54,067 nt of DNA. It comes from a virus. Taxonomy: Duplodnaviria > Caudoviricetes. The stretch is taken from the IMG/VR virus record IMGVR_UViG_3300033153_006334, positions 1 through 54,067 of that record. One strand, given 5' to 3'. The notes under the pieces are model-generated. The model was given only the letters and a program-made list of their open reading frames with translations, was not told where the DNA came from and made no database searches. Both the position numbers and the translations under genes were made by a program. Within the stretch, counting starts at the first letter, position 1, and the number at the start of each line of letters is the position of its first letter. Shown piece by piece: positions 29,012 to 38,451 of the stretch.

Positions 29012-30472
29012 ATGGCAATAATACAAGATGAAGGAGGTTTTGAAATACAAGATGAGTCGGGGGTAGGCATTGCTGATGAAGCGGGAGGGACATCTACAAG
29101 TACAACTACTACCACTTCTTCAACAACTAGTTCAACTACATCAACAATGTCAACTACATCAACAATGTCAACTACCAGCACTACCGAATTTGGTGCCACA
29201 ACACACTCAACAACAACCAGTTCCACTAGTTCAAGTACAAGTACCACCTATCCATTTAGTTTAGTTGACGACCTTGTATTGGCATGGAGTTCAACAACAA
29301 CTAGTTCTTCAACTACCAGTTCTTCAACTACCAGTTCTTCAACAGCAAGCACCAGTTCTTCTTCAAGTACCACAAGTTCTACTGCTTCAACTGCGAGTAC
29401 CACCAGTTCAACACACACTACCAGTTCAACAGCCAGTTCAACTACCACTTCTTCCAGTACTACCAGTTCCACAGCCAGTACCACAAGCTCAACACATTCC
29501 ACAATTAGTACCACATCCAGTACTTATTCGTCTACATCATCTACCGCCTCGACAATAAGCACCACAACTTCGAGTTGTAGTTCCACTTCCAGTACAGCCA
29601 GTACCACAAGCTCAACTGCCTCAACTACTAGTTCAACGCACACTTCTTCCAGTTCCACAGCGAGTACCACTTCGTCCACTTATAGTACCATAAGCACCAC
29701 AAGTTCGACTGCGAGTACCAGTTCTACCGAATCCACAACATCTACTTATAGTACCACAAGCTCGACTTCGCCCGGAGATACGACACACTCAACTACCAGT
29801 TCAACATACAGTACCACAAGTTCTACACACACTACAACTTCAAGTACAGCCAGTACCACAACTTCGACACACAGCACAACATCCAGTACAGCGAGTACCA
29901 CATCCAGTACACATACGACTACCAGTTCAACTGCGAGTACTTTGTCTACCACAAGTAGCACACACAGTACCACAACTTCGAGTTCATTTTCGACTACCAG
30001 TTCAACGCATACTACAATAAGTACCACTTCGAGTACTTATTCAACGATAAGTACCACCAGTTCTACTCATAGTACAAGTTCGAGTACCGCTTCGACTACC
30101 AGTTCAACGGAGAGTACGACCTCAAGCTCAATGAGTACAACGAGCAGCACACATACAACTACCAGTAGCTCAAGCTCAACTGGCAGCACTACTTCAAGCT
30201 ATTCAAGCACGACCAGCAGTCATTCTACGACATCTACAAGCCAAACAAGCTCAACAGTGTCAACTACCAGCAGCACGGCGAGTACCACATCCAGTACAAT
30301 GACAACTCAGACAGGAGGGACAACTACAAGTTCAACAACCACTTCAAGTTCGAGTTCAACAACCAGTTCAACGTATATACCATCTGACCCATTATGTATT
30401 TTTAAGCATGAGGATACCAAAGTAAGATATAAACATAAAGTAGTACAAACAGTTTTCAAGGAGGTGATCTAA
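29012..30472 (+). CDS. mucin-like Ser/Thr(His)-rich repeat protein
   Basis: Mostly xSTTSST-type repeats with mixed codons; short non-repetitive ends; coupled to next gene. Confidence 0.85.
   Translation: MAIIQDEGGFEIQDESGVGIADEAGGTSTSTTTTTSSTTSSTTSTMSTTSTMSTTSTTEFGATTHSTTTSSTSSSTSTTYPFSLVDDLVLAWSSTTTSSSTTSSSTTSSSTASTSSSSSTTSSTASTASTTSSTHTTSSTASSTTTSSSTTSSTASTTSSTHSTISTTSSTYSSTSSTASTISTTTSSCSSTSSTASTTSSTASTTSSTHTSSSSTASTTSSTYSTISTTSSTASTSSTESTTSTYSTTSSTSPGDTTHSTTSSTYSTTSSTHTTTSSTASTTTSTHSTTSSTASTTSSTHTTTSSTASTLSTTSSTHSTTTSSSFSTTSSTHTTISTTSSTYSTISTTSSTHSTSSSTASTTSSTESTTSSSMSTTSSTHTTTSSSSSTGSTTSSYSSTTSSHSTTSTSQTSSTVSTTSSTASTTSSTMTTQTGGTTTSSTTTSSSSSTTSSTYIPSDPLCIFKHEDTKVRYKHKVVQTVFKEVI
29288..30375 (+). 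repeat. degenerate coding repeat array, often 21-nt period (S/T heptads)
   Basis: Recurring agtaccacaag, accagttcaac, actaccagt units encoding [A/H/Y]STTSST. Confidence 0.8.
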
Positions 30473-30810
30473 TGGCTTCAGTAGAATCTTTTGAAAAACA
30501 GAATTATGAGTCTTTCTTTATTGCGGCTGATTTAGTAGACGTATTAGAGACGGGGGAAATAATAGACTTAGGAAGTACAACCATTGTGGCGGTAAAAGAG
30601 GACGGAACGACAGATGCAACAAACATTGTTTTGCAGCCTCTAACAAAAACATTAGATGACTCCCCCGATGGTGGAAGTAATAATATGGTCAAGATTCGAG
30701 TCCAAGCAGGTGTGGAGGCAGATTCTCCATATAAGATAACATTCAAGATTCCCACAAGTTTGAACAACAAATGGGAAGTGGATGTTAAGCTGAAAATAAA
30801 GGAGCTTTAA
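30472..30810 (+). CDS. small structural adaptor-like protein (paralog of 38110-38439)
   Basis: GGAGGTGA RBS; 'FEKQNYESFF...SPYKITFKI...KWEVDV...IKEL'. Confidence 0.7.
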   Translation: MASVESFEKQNYESFFIAADLVDVLETGEIIDLGSTTIVAVKEDGTTDATNIVLQPLTKTLDDSPDGGSNNMVKIRVQAGVEADSPYKITFKIPTSLNNKWEVDVKLKIKEL

Positions 30811-30812
30811 AA

Positions 30813-31179
30813 ATGGATTTCACAGAACATGATAGAAAACTTATTACTGAGCATGATGTCTGAGCATGATGTCAAATTAAGTTCGTTATGTTTAAGTATA
30901 AAAACATTAAACAAGGATATGAAAGACGGATTCAAAACAATATTTGACAAGTTGGATAAAAGCACAGAAGGCTGTTCAGATAATAGAATAGAATGCAGGA
31001 AGGAAATTGACAAGGAGCTAAAGAAGTTTTTTACCAAGACTGTTCTTATGTGGATTTTTTTCTTTGTCATCACAGGAATAGTTAGTTTAGGTGTCTTTAC
31101 TGGTAAAATATCTTCTAAGGTAAGTGTGAATACACAGAGGATAGTAGACATGCATCCAAACAATAGGATAGGTGAATAA
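30813..31179 (+). CDS. coiled-coil plus single-TM holin-like protein, frame broken by a 13-nt tandem duplication
   Basis: AAGGAG RBS before ATG 30813; TGAGCATGATGTC x2 at 30848-30873; TM 'VLMWIFFFVITGIVSLGVF'; precedes DUF5675 gene. Confidence 0.6.
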
Positions 31180-31609
31180 AATGATTTGGGAACCAAGTAT
31201 AAAACTACTTCGAGTAGAAGAAAATTTTGACTATGGTACGTTTGGAAACTGGATTATCAACACCAGAGTTTTTTGCGTTACTCTTGAGCCACCTGACATA
31301 GAAAACTCAAGAAACATTTCCAGTATACCTGCACAGCAGTATGAGTGCAAACGATACTCTTCTCCAAAGTACCCAGACACATTTCAAGTAATGAATGTGC
31401 CCGGAAGAGATAAGGTACTTATACATGCAGGCAATCTGAAAAAACACACAGAGGGTTGCATACTGCTTGCTGAGAAGTGGGGAAAACTGGAAGTGGCAAC
31501 ACAGGAAGAGAGAGCAATATTAAATTCTGGAAAAACATTTGACAAATTCATTAAAATGATGTATGGGGTTAATAAATTCAACCTAACTATAGTGGAGCAT
31601 TACGGATGA
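31172..31609 (+). CDS. DUF5675-family protein (candidate endolysin-like peptidase)
   Basis: 'CVTLEPP...SSIPA..Y...LIHAGN...HTEGCILL'. Confidence 0.8.
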   Translation: MNKMIWEPSIKLLRVEENFDYGTFGNWIINTRVFCVTLEPPDIENSRNISSIPAQQYECKRYSSPKYPDTFQVMNVPGRDKVLIHAGNLKKHTEGCILLAEKWGKLEVATQEERAILNSGKTFDKFIKMMYGVNKFNLTIVEHYG

Positions 31610-31962
31610 ACAAAAAAATTACAATACAGGAAGCGTTTAAAATCTTAGGCATAAATGCTGTGTGGGTAGATAGGCTTCAGCAGGTTAGCAGTTATGAGTC
31701 TACCTGTAAAAAAGTTGAGGAATTTAAGACAGTGTTAAAGAAAAGGAAGCGACAATTGATGCTTCAATACCACCCGGATAGAAACAATGGTGATGTTGAA
31801 TCAACGAACAAGACTAAGGAAATTCTCAATCTGTGTACTATTTTTGAGAATATAAAAGTAATGAGACCCCAACCAGTTCAGCAACCAGTTGTTGTCCATT
31901 ATTATTATCATCAATCTTATAGTAGTTACGGAGGTACTACTACTTCAACAAGTGGATGGTAA
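31606..31962 (+). CDS. J-domain (DnaJ-like) protein
   Basis: 'EAFKILGI...LMLQYHPDRN' HPD motif. Confidence 0.8.
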   Translation: MNKKITIQEAFKILGINAVWVDRLQQVSSYESTCKKVEEFKTVLKKRKRQLMLQYHPDRNNGDVESTNKTKEILNLCTIFENIKVMRPQPVQQPVVVHYYYHQSYSSYGGTTTSTSGW

Positions 31963-32024
31963 TAAATTATGGAATGTGGTGGTTGCTCACTTTATTTTAA
32001 ATCATTAGAAAAGGAGATTGAAAA

Positions 32025-34535
32025 ATGGCTATTACATATAGTTTAGTAGCAGCAGATTGGACGTTCGACAATATAACGGGAGAGCTTCGTTATATTGGAC
32101 ACGACCACAATGGAGTATCACCATCGTATGCAACTGTGATCGAGCTTCATCGGTGGCTTGGTCAATTATCAGATGACCAGTCGCCAGCAAATGTAAGTGA
32201 CAAGATGTATATTCCAATTCCCAAAGCGTCTGAACGATCAACAGACAACATCATAACACTCGTAAACGGCGTCAATATTGATGCAGTCGCAGCCCAACAT
32301 CTTTATGACGGCTCTATTATTCAAAACGGTGGGGATGATATTTGGGATGGAATCTTAAATTTTGGTAATGCAAATGTGCAGATTCAAATAATTCGGAACG
32401 GTGCAATTATTACCGATGACTTTTGGAATTATAATGTGGGGGCTGCATGTGACTCAACCGATGGAACTGGTGCTACCATGACGGATTCGGGGGAAACTTG
32501 GGTATTGAATCAGTATGCTGGTTATACAATCAAAAACACTACTGATCTTTGCAAAGGAATTGTAGCCAGTAATAGTACTGGTGGAATTGCAACCTTCAGA
32601 TCAACAGGGGAACTCGTTGGTGGCACGAACGATTATTTCACCAGTGCTGATAACTACTTGATTGGAGTCCCGCTTAATCCTTCACCTTCACAGGGCATTT
32701 CTCACAGGTTCCTAATTAAAGTTAGAGAAAATGGAGCAGATATTGACGGACGTAGACTTCTTGGTATTTGTCGTAGAATGGGCAACACCTTTGCATGGTT
32801 TCCGATTAATGGAACCGTCAGGGGCAACAACGTATTGTCTCTTGCTGATTCTCAAGACCTTAACTTTGATGAAGAACCACAAACAGTTGTTGGTGCTACT
32901 TGGGATTCTGAGTTTTCCGGTGAGGATTTGGGTTTCCAACAGTTTGATGTTGATGCCAACTTAACTGATGAGGATTATTTCGGCAAACTGACATGGACAG
33001 GCACCCACGATATAAACGACCTATTTCAACGTGCAATGGGCGAAACAGCAGACGGAACAGGCTATACAGTACACGGCTTGGACGGTGAGGTATTAAGGGG
33101 TGTTACGCACTCTTTTGGTTTTAACGGAGAAGCCGGCGCTATTGTAGTTAGTGATTACGATATGCTTGTATGGGGGACGTTTATAGACCACGATGCTCCA
33201 ACAGGAGCCTTTACCGTTGGTGAGGTAATAGTTGATGAAGACCCAGCCGGCGGAACAGCACCATCCTTTTACGCTACTATATTGTCAATTGATGATACTG
33301 ATGATTCGATGGTTGTTGTTATAGATTCTGGCGTTATTGGAAATACTCAGACTATATATGGACTGAGTTCTGGTGCTGATGCTGATACAACCTCCGACCC
33401 AACAGAAGTATCTGGTGGTGGTGTTGTGCATGTACTGGCAAATGATACTGCAAATGATATATTGTATGTGCAGGTGATTAAAGGTACAGTCCCGGCAGAT
33501 GATGACACCTTATATTATGGTGGCACAGACTTATCAGCCGCTGACCATACTGATTATCTTTTGGTAGCAGATGAAGTTGATACCATTGCAGAGTTTTCAA
33601 TTTCAAAAACTGCTCCGTACATAGGAGTTTCCACTGGCTCGGCTATTATTGGTTCTCATGGTGTTGGTATAGATAATATTAAATTAAATTCAACGGATAA
33701 AGTTCTGCCTCTTGGGGAAACAACTCCGATTTCACCACCGCTGTCAGCCACCAACACACTTTCAGGACTGGTATCTGCCGAAGATCAGATATTAGTGGCT
33801 CCGACAGATGGAACGACAGTTGATCGTCAGGGCGACCCAACTATGGGTGCAGCATTTTTCACTATAGCTACTATATTGAATGGTGGTGCGGAGGCAACTA
33901 TTACTGTTAATGAGGACTTGTCCGATAGTGACATTGACGCATGGCTCCCGACTGCGGGTTACATTGATATTGTGAACGATGAAGGTCTCGTTGTAACCAT
34001 TGAATACGACTCGTATGCAACAGGTCCCAACACGTTTACCCTTTCTTCAACTTATGACTTTTCTGGTTCCGGTGTGAACGATTCTGTAGCTGTGGATAAT
34101 TACTGCTTTGTTTATCAGATGCACTTAGTAACAGCCCTGACAACCGGAGCAGAAGTAGCAGCCGCGGTGAATGAAATTGTCGGTAGTACACCAGATAGCG
34201 GAACTATCCGAATAGTGAATGATGATGGATTCCATATCAGACACCCGTATTCAGTCTATAACGATGGAACTGATATATTTACCATTACAAGTGCGGTTTT
34301 TGATGGTGACGGCTTAACAGAACAGGCAGCTATTGGAAGCGGAGTTTATGTAACTTACATAGACAAGGCGGCTGATGCAGCTACGGCGGACTTTGTAGCG
34401 GTGTATGACAATGATTTAAACTTAACTATCTGTATTCGGGACGGTAAGAGTACTCCGATTAAGGAAGATAAAAAGCGTTGGACGTTCTCAGACTCTAACC
34501 AAACATTTGGTGTAACAAGGACTTCGGATACATAA
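32025..34535 (+). CDS. large acidic putative virion fibre/decoration protein
   Basis: AAGGAG RBS; Gly/Thr/Asp-rich; internal duplicated module (PTAGYIDIVNDEG / PDSGTIRIVNDDG). Confidence 0.65.
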   Translation: MAITYSLVAADWTFDNITGELRYIGHDHNGVSPSYATVIELHRWLGQLSDDQSPANVSDKMYIPIPKASERSTDNIITLVNGVNIDAVAAQHLYDGSIIQNGGDDIWDGILNFGNANVQIQIIRNGAIITDDFWNYNVGAACDSTDGTGATMTDSGETWVLNQYAGYTIKNTTDLCKGIVASNSTGGIATFRSTGELVGGTNDYFTSADNYLIGVPLNPSPSQGISHRFLIKVRENGADIDGRRLLGICRRMGNTFAWFPINGTVRGNNVLSLADSQDLNFDEEPQTVVGATWDSEFSGEDLGFQQFDVDANLTDEDYFGKLTWTGTHDINDLFQRAMGETADGTGYTVHGLDGEVLRGVTHSFGFNGEAGAIVVSDYDMLVWGTFIDHDAPTGAFTVGEVIVDEDPAGGTAPSFYATILSIDDTDDSMVVVIDSGVIGNTQTIYGLSSGADADTTSDPTEVSGGGVVHVLANDTANDILYVQVIKGTVPADDDTLYYGGTDLSAADHTDYLLVADEVDTIAEFSISKTAPYIGVSTGSAIIGSHGVGIDNIKLNSTDKVLPLGETTPISPPLSATNTLSGLVSAEDQILVAPTDGTTVDRQGDPTMGAAFFTIATILNGGAEATITVNEDLSDSDIDAWLPTAGYIDIVNDEGLVVTIEYDSYATGPNTFTLSSTYDFSGSGVNDSVAVDNYCFVYQMHLVTALTTGAEVAAAVNEIVGSTPDSGTIRIVNDDGFHIRHPYSVYNDGTDIFTITSAVFDGDGLTEQAAIGSGVYVTYIDKAADAATADFVAVYDNDLNLTICIRDGKSTPIKEDKKRWTFSDSNQTFGVTRTSDT

Positions 34536-34783
34536 TGTTGCCAAATCCAAGATATACTAGGCAGGGACATTGCAATCGTTGTGGGTGGTGTTGTTGTGAA
34601 TATCATAATTGCCAAGATTTGATATATAAAGATGGTAAGGCAGTTTGTACTGTTTATGATAATAGACCTGACAGATGCAGAGTGTTTCCAGAAGCTCCAC
34701 CTATTTTACATGAGGGTTGTGGATTTTGGTTTATAGACACTTGGGAAAATAATCGAATAGTTAAATATGGTAAGGACTTATAA
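34535..34783 (+). CDS. YkgJ-like CxxCxxCC cysteine-cluster protein
   Basis: 'CNRCGWCC...CTVYDNRPDRCRVFP'. Confidence 0.85.
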   Translation: MLPNPRYTRQGHCNRCGWCCCEYHNCQDLIYKDGKAVCTVYDNRPDRCRVFPEAPPILHEGCGFWFIDTWENNRIVKYGKDL

Positions 34784-36771
34784 TGGCAGTTACAGTATCA
34801 GCAAAAAATTATACTCTTGTTAATGACTGTGAGGACGAAGGTTTATTTGTTGGTCTTACAGGGGGTGATGTAAGCGATTTTTTTAAATATGGTACTCAGT
34901 GTTGTGGGTATGAACTTTGGGGTGCTGGCTTAAATACCCTAACAGTAACGAGTAACGAAGATTTTAGCGGAGTTTGTCATGTTCGATGGTGGATGATGAC
35001 TACCGTTCTCAATGAACTCGATACTGATGCTAATGGTGGAGTACAATTCTGGTGTTCCGATGGGGGCAATACGGGGTATTGGAATGTTACAGGGAGTACA
35101 ACTTATCCTGGTGGATGGTATAATCCAGTAATTGATTTATCAAGAAGCGTTGATGCTGGTACAAAACCTGCTGCTATGGGGTCAATAACAACCTGGGGTT
35201 TTAGGTTTAACCTCACAGATGGTGCAAAGAAAACCCAGTCCCTTTGGATAGATCATGTTTCAACGTGTGATGGGCTTGTAATAAGTGGAGATGATGGTGG
35301 AGGCTATTTCAATCACGATGCTATAGTTTTAGCCGACCTTGCAACCACCCTTGCAACAGGCTGTATTAGAGAAATTGGTGGGGTTATTTATCTTACGGGG
35401 TTAATTGAGTGCGGTTTAGCTGCATCTGCCACAAAGTTTCAGGCCAAATCGCAAACAATAATATTTGAAAACAGGCCGGTAAATGCTGACCTATACTCTT
35501 ATGATATTGTGGACGATGGAATTAATACGACTGAGTTTATTCTTGGAAATAAGGTTGGAACTGCTGGTGTTCAGGGGTGTCTTATTAGGGTTGAATCAAT
35601 ATCCCAGACAGCTAAGTTTGATATTGATGGTTCAACGGATACAGATGTTGACAATTTTAAATTATATGGAACCACATTTTTTGGCGGAGATAGCATTGAT
35701 TTTGCTGGGGCAGCAGCAGCGGTTGAGATATTAGGATGTAGTTTTGAGGCTTGTGGTCAGATTGACCCAGATGATGCGAGTGTTTTGGGTTGTTTTTTTA
35801 TTGATACATCTGATGGGGATGCTGCTTTATTATGGAATGAAAGTATTGATATAAGCAGTTGTAGTTTTATTGGCAACACAACGGGTGCGGCAATTGAAAT
35901 GCCATCGGCTGTTGGAACTCCATACGATTATGATGCGTTATCGTTTTCGGGAAATACTAATGATGTTCTTAATTCGTCTGGTTCTGCTATCAGCATTTCC
36001 AAAAGCAACGGTTCAAACCCAACTACGTCAGAGGGCTCAACTGTTAATTTTCTGTCAGCGGCGGTTACAGTTCAGGCAACAATAACTGATTCGGCTGGAG
36101 AAGAAATTGAAAACGCTCTTGTTTATCTTCAAGCAGATGCAAAATCAAGTGGTACGGCAACAACTGATACAACCGACAAGCTGGTTGATACTAATGCCAC
36201 TTTTGAAACTAATGGTGTGGCGATTGGAGATACTGCCTTTAATCAAACAGACGGTACTTCCACATTAGTAACAGCGGTTGATTCAGAAACATCATTATCA
36301 CTTGCTTCAGATGCCTTTCCTGATGGTAACGAAGACTATCGGGTGGGGGGTCCCTTGCCAGACAAAGACGTTGTTACTATTGTCAATTCTGGGACTACCG
36401 CAACAGTAACACATGTCGCACATAATATGGTTAATAACGACCACGCCTATATTGAGGGTGGGTCGCTTATAGCAAATGAGGGTGTTTTTCAGATAACATA
36501 TATCAGTGTTGACAGTTATTCTTATACGATGGGAAGCACCCCCGGTAGCAGTCCGACTGGTACGATTCTGTCAACTTTTGTGGGTCTTTTTGGGCTTACA
36601 AATGCAAGTGGGGTAAAAAACACAAGCCGTGTATACGGCAACAACCAACTACTTGTGGGATGGGGGCGGAAAGCGACCTCAAGTCCATATTACGAAGAAG
36701 CACCAATAAGGGGGACGGTTGATTCTGCAAGTGGATTGTTTGCAACAGGAGTTTTGGTGCTTGATGAATAG
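34783..36771 (+). CDS. putative virion fibre/spike protein with beta-helix-like middle
   Basis: Repeated 'I.GCSF' / 'SSCSFIGN' rungs; Gly/Thr/Asp-rich. Confidence 0.6.
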   Translation: MAVTVSAKNYTLVNDCEDEGLFVGLTGGDVSDFFKYGTQCCGYELWGAGLNTLTVTSNEDFSGVCHVRWWMMTTVLNELDTDANGGVQFWCSDGGNTGYWNVTGSTTYPGGWYNPVIDLSRSVDAGTKPAAMGSITTWGFRFNLTDGAKKTQSLWIDHVSTCDGLVISGDDGGGYFNHDAIVLADLATTLATGCIREIGGVIYLTGLIECGLAASATKFQAKSQTIIFENRPVNADLYSYDIVDDGINTTEFILGNKVGTAGVQGCLIRVESISQTAKFDIDGSTDTDVDNFKLYGTTFFGGDSIDFAGAAAAVEILGCSFEACGQIDPDDASVLGCFFIDTSDGDAALLWNESIDISSCSFIGNTTGAAIEMPSAVGTPYDYDALSFSGNTNDVLNSSGSAISISKSNGSNPTTSEGSTVNFLSAAVTVQATITDSAGEEIENALVYLQADAKSSGTATTDTTDKLVDTNATFETNGVAIGDTAFNQTDGTSTLVTAVDSETSLSLASDAFPDGNEDYRVGGPLPDKDVVTIVNSGTTATVTHVAHNMVNNDHAYIEGGSLIANEGVFQITYISVDSYSYTMGSTPGSSPTGTILSTFVGLFGLTNASGVKNTSRVYGNNQLLVGWGRKATSSPYYEEAPIRGTVDSASGLFATGVLVLDE

Positions 36772-36780
36772 GAGGCAATC

Positions 36781-37050
36781 ATGGTGAACAACGATGAAAG
36801 AAGGATTAAGGCTGGCGAAAGAGAAGTAGTTAGAGCTTCAGAAGAAGTTAATAGACGCAATGCGGAATCGGCAATACAGTTTGCTAATGGTACCAGAAAG
36901 ATGGTGTTAGAAATGCGGGCTCTGTTTGACACTCTGCAAAATCATGTTATAAATCAGCTTGCACAGATAAATGAATTGCGGGAGCAACTGTCTAAACTTC
37001 AACAGGAAATTTATGCAAGGGGAACAGTGAGGAATAGCGATGGCGATTAG
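36781..37050 (+). CDS. small coiled-coil protein
   Basis: AGGAGG RBS; heptad-like C-terminal half. Confidence 0.7.
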   Translation: MVNNDERRIKAGEREVVRASEEVNRRNAESAIQFANGTRKMVLEMRALFDTLQNHVINQLAQINELREQLSKLQQEIYARGTVRNSDGD

Positions 37051-37837
37051 CGTAAATCCAATGACCAAAGAAGTTATCATTCCACAAGTTGATCTGTCCT
37101 TGGTTACAGGTACCCTATATGAGTTGGACGTAAACGATCTTAGATTGTGGTGTAAGGATTGGGAAGACAATTCAGACGGCGGGATAACTCACGAAAGGAC
37201 TAATGACCATTTTACGGAATATACGGTTGCTGGTGTTACATATGCAAGAGCTATTATTTTTCTGCCACCATACAATTTTACTTTTGAGGATGGTCAATAT
37301 TCTGTGCGCCTTACAGGAGCCAATACGAATTTGTTTGATGTGGAAAATAGAATTTTAAATCAAAATCAAGTACAGCTTATCCCGAGCAACTCAGCCGGAT
37401 TGATTGTTGTAACACAGGGGTCAGGAGTTACAGAGCAAGACAAAATAGACATCATAGAAGGTGCGGCTGCTGCTGTCTTTGAAGAACAGACGGCAGACCA
37501 CAAAGAGGATGGCTCATATGGTGCAGAATTGGCAACCAAAGACGATATTGCTGCAAGTTCTTCTGATATTTCTAATGCTGTTTGGGAACATGAAAATGCT
37601 ATTTTTATAAAAGACATAGAAGGTGGAAGATGGAAGCGTGATGGCACCCAGATGATTTTTTATAAAGCTGATAATGTAACAGAGGTAGCACGTTTTGATT
37701 TAAAGAAATTTGACGGAACTCCCGCAACTGAAAGTGATGACGAAGTGGCAGAAAGAGTTCGGGTAACAACAACCAGTACAACACATTCAACAACCAGTAC
37801 AACACATTCAACAACCACTACATCAACAACGGCATAA
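37040..37837 (+). CDS. putative virion protein with C-terminal Ser/Thr/His tail
   Basis: Ends TTTSTTHSTTSTTHSTTTTSTTA; exact 21-nt tandem repeat from ~37771. Confidence 0.7.
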   Translation: MAISVNPMTKEVIIPQVDLSLVTGTLYELDVNDLRLWCKDWEDNSDGGITHERTNDHFTEYTVAGVTYARAIIFLPPYNFTFEDGQYSVRLTGANTNLFDVENRILNQNQVQLIPSNSAGLIVVTQGSGVTEQDKIDIIEGAAAAVFEEQTADHKEDGSYGAELATKDDIAASSSDISNAVWEHENAIFIKDIEGGRWKRDGTQMIFYKADNVTEVARFDLKKFDGTPATESDDEVAERVRVTTTSTTHSTTSTTHSTTTTSTTA

Positions 37838-37840
37838 GAT

Positions 37841-38107
37841 ATGAGTATAATCACCAAGGGATATGGAGTAGCAAGTAGGATTATCACTAAAGGATATGGT
37901 GTGGTAACTACTGCACCTTCTGTTTTACTCGCTGTTGCTCGAAAGTTCTTTAAAACGGAGCGAGAAGTCTATTTTAGAAGAGATTCTATCGACTCCTATG
38001 CTCGTAGAATAGTGGTAGATTCCTATTGCTATGCGGAAGCTCAAGTATTTGAACGAAGAGAAGCTATGGACACATACGTTCATGCCAGAAAACAGGACGA
38101 AAGGTAA
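37841..38107 (+). CDS. hypothetical protein with IITKGYGV duplication
   Basis: Coupled ORF; N-terminal octapeptide twice. Confidence 0.65.
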   Translation: MSIITKGYGVASRIITKGYGVVTTAPSVLLAVARKFFKTEREVYFRRDSIDSYARRIVVDSYCYAEAQVFERREAMDTYVHARKQDER

Positions 38108-38109
38108 CA

Positions 38110-38439
38110 ATGAAAAAATTTAAGAAACAGATATCTGAAGAGTTCTTTGCACATGGCAGTATATTGAATGTACAAGAAGATGACGAAACAATAGTTCTTG
38201 GTACAAGTTCTATCACTGCTGTTGATAATGTGGCAACTGATGCTACCACAGATGTATTGGAAGGCGGAACAGAAGAATTAAGGGACGACCCAGATGGCAG
38301 TTTTACAAACAATGTTCTTGCTATGCGAGTAAAAGCGGGAACTGAAGCTCTTTCTCCATACAAAATAACATTCAAGATAGTAACGAGTAAGGGCAATAAA
38401 TATGAAATAGATATACAAATGACAATCAAAGAACTTTGA
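38110..38439 (+). CDS. small structural adaptor-like protein (paralog of 30472-30810)
   Basis: 'FKKQISEEFF...SPYKITFKI...KYEIDI...IKEL'. Confidence 0.7.
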   Translation: MKKFKKQISEEFFAHGSILNVQEDDETIVLGTSSITAVDNVATDATTDVLEGGTEELRDDPDGSFTNNVLAMRVKAGTEALSPYKITFKIVTSKGNKYEIDIQMTIKEL

Positions 38440-38451
38440 AGGAGGTAGGTT

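Noticed and set aside
29288-30375. Repeat array considered as a CRISPR array or ice-nucleation repeat
   Set aside because: There is no constant repeat with unique spacers and no cas gene. It lacks the Gly-rich AGYGST-type repeat and reads as a coding S/T tract.
12053-37887. Val/Leu/Glu-rich minus-strand ORFs and Gln/Pro/Leu-rich alternate-frame ORFs over the S/T tracts
   Set aside because: These are shadows of Ser/Thr codon repeats, which lack stops in other frames. They have no RBS and overlap the coherent + operon.
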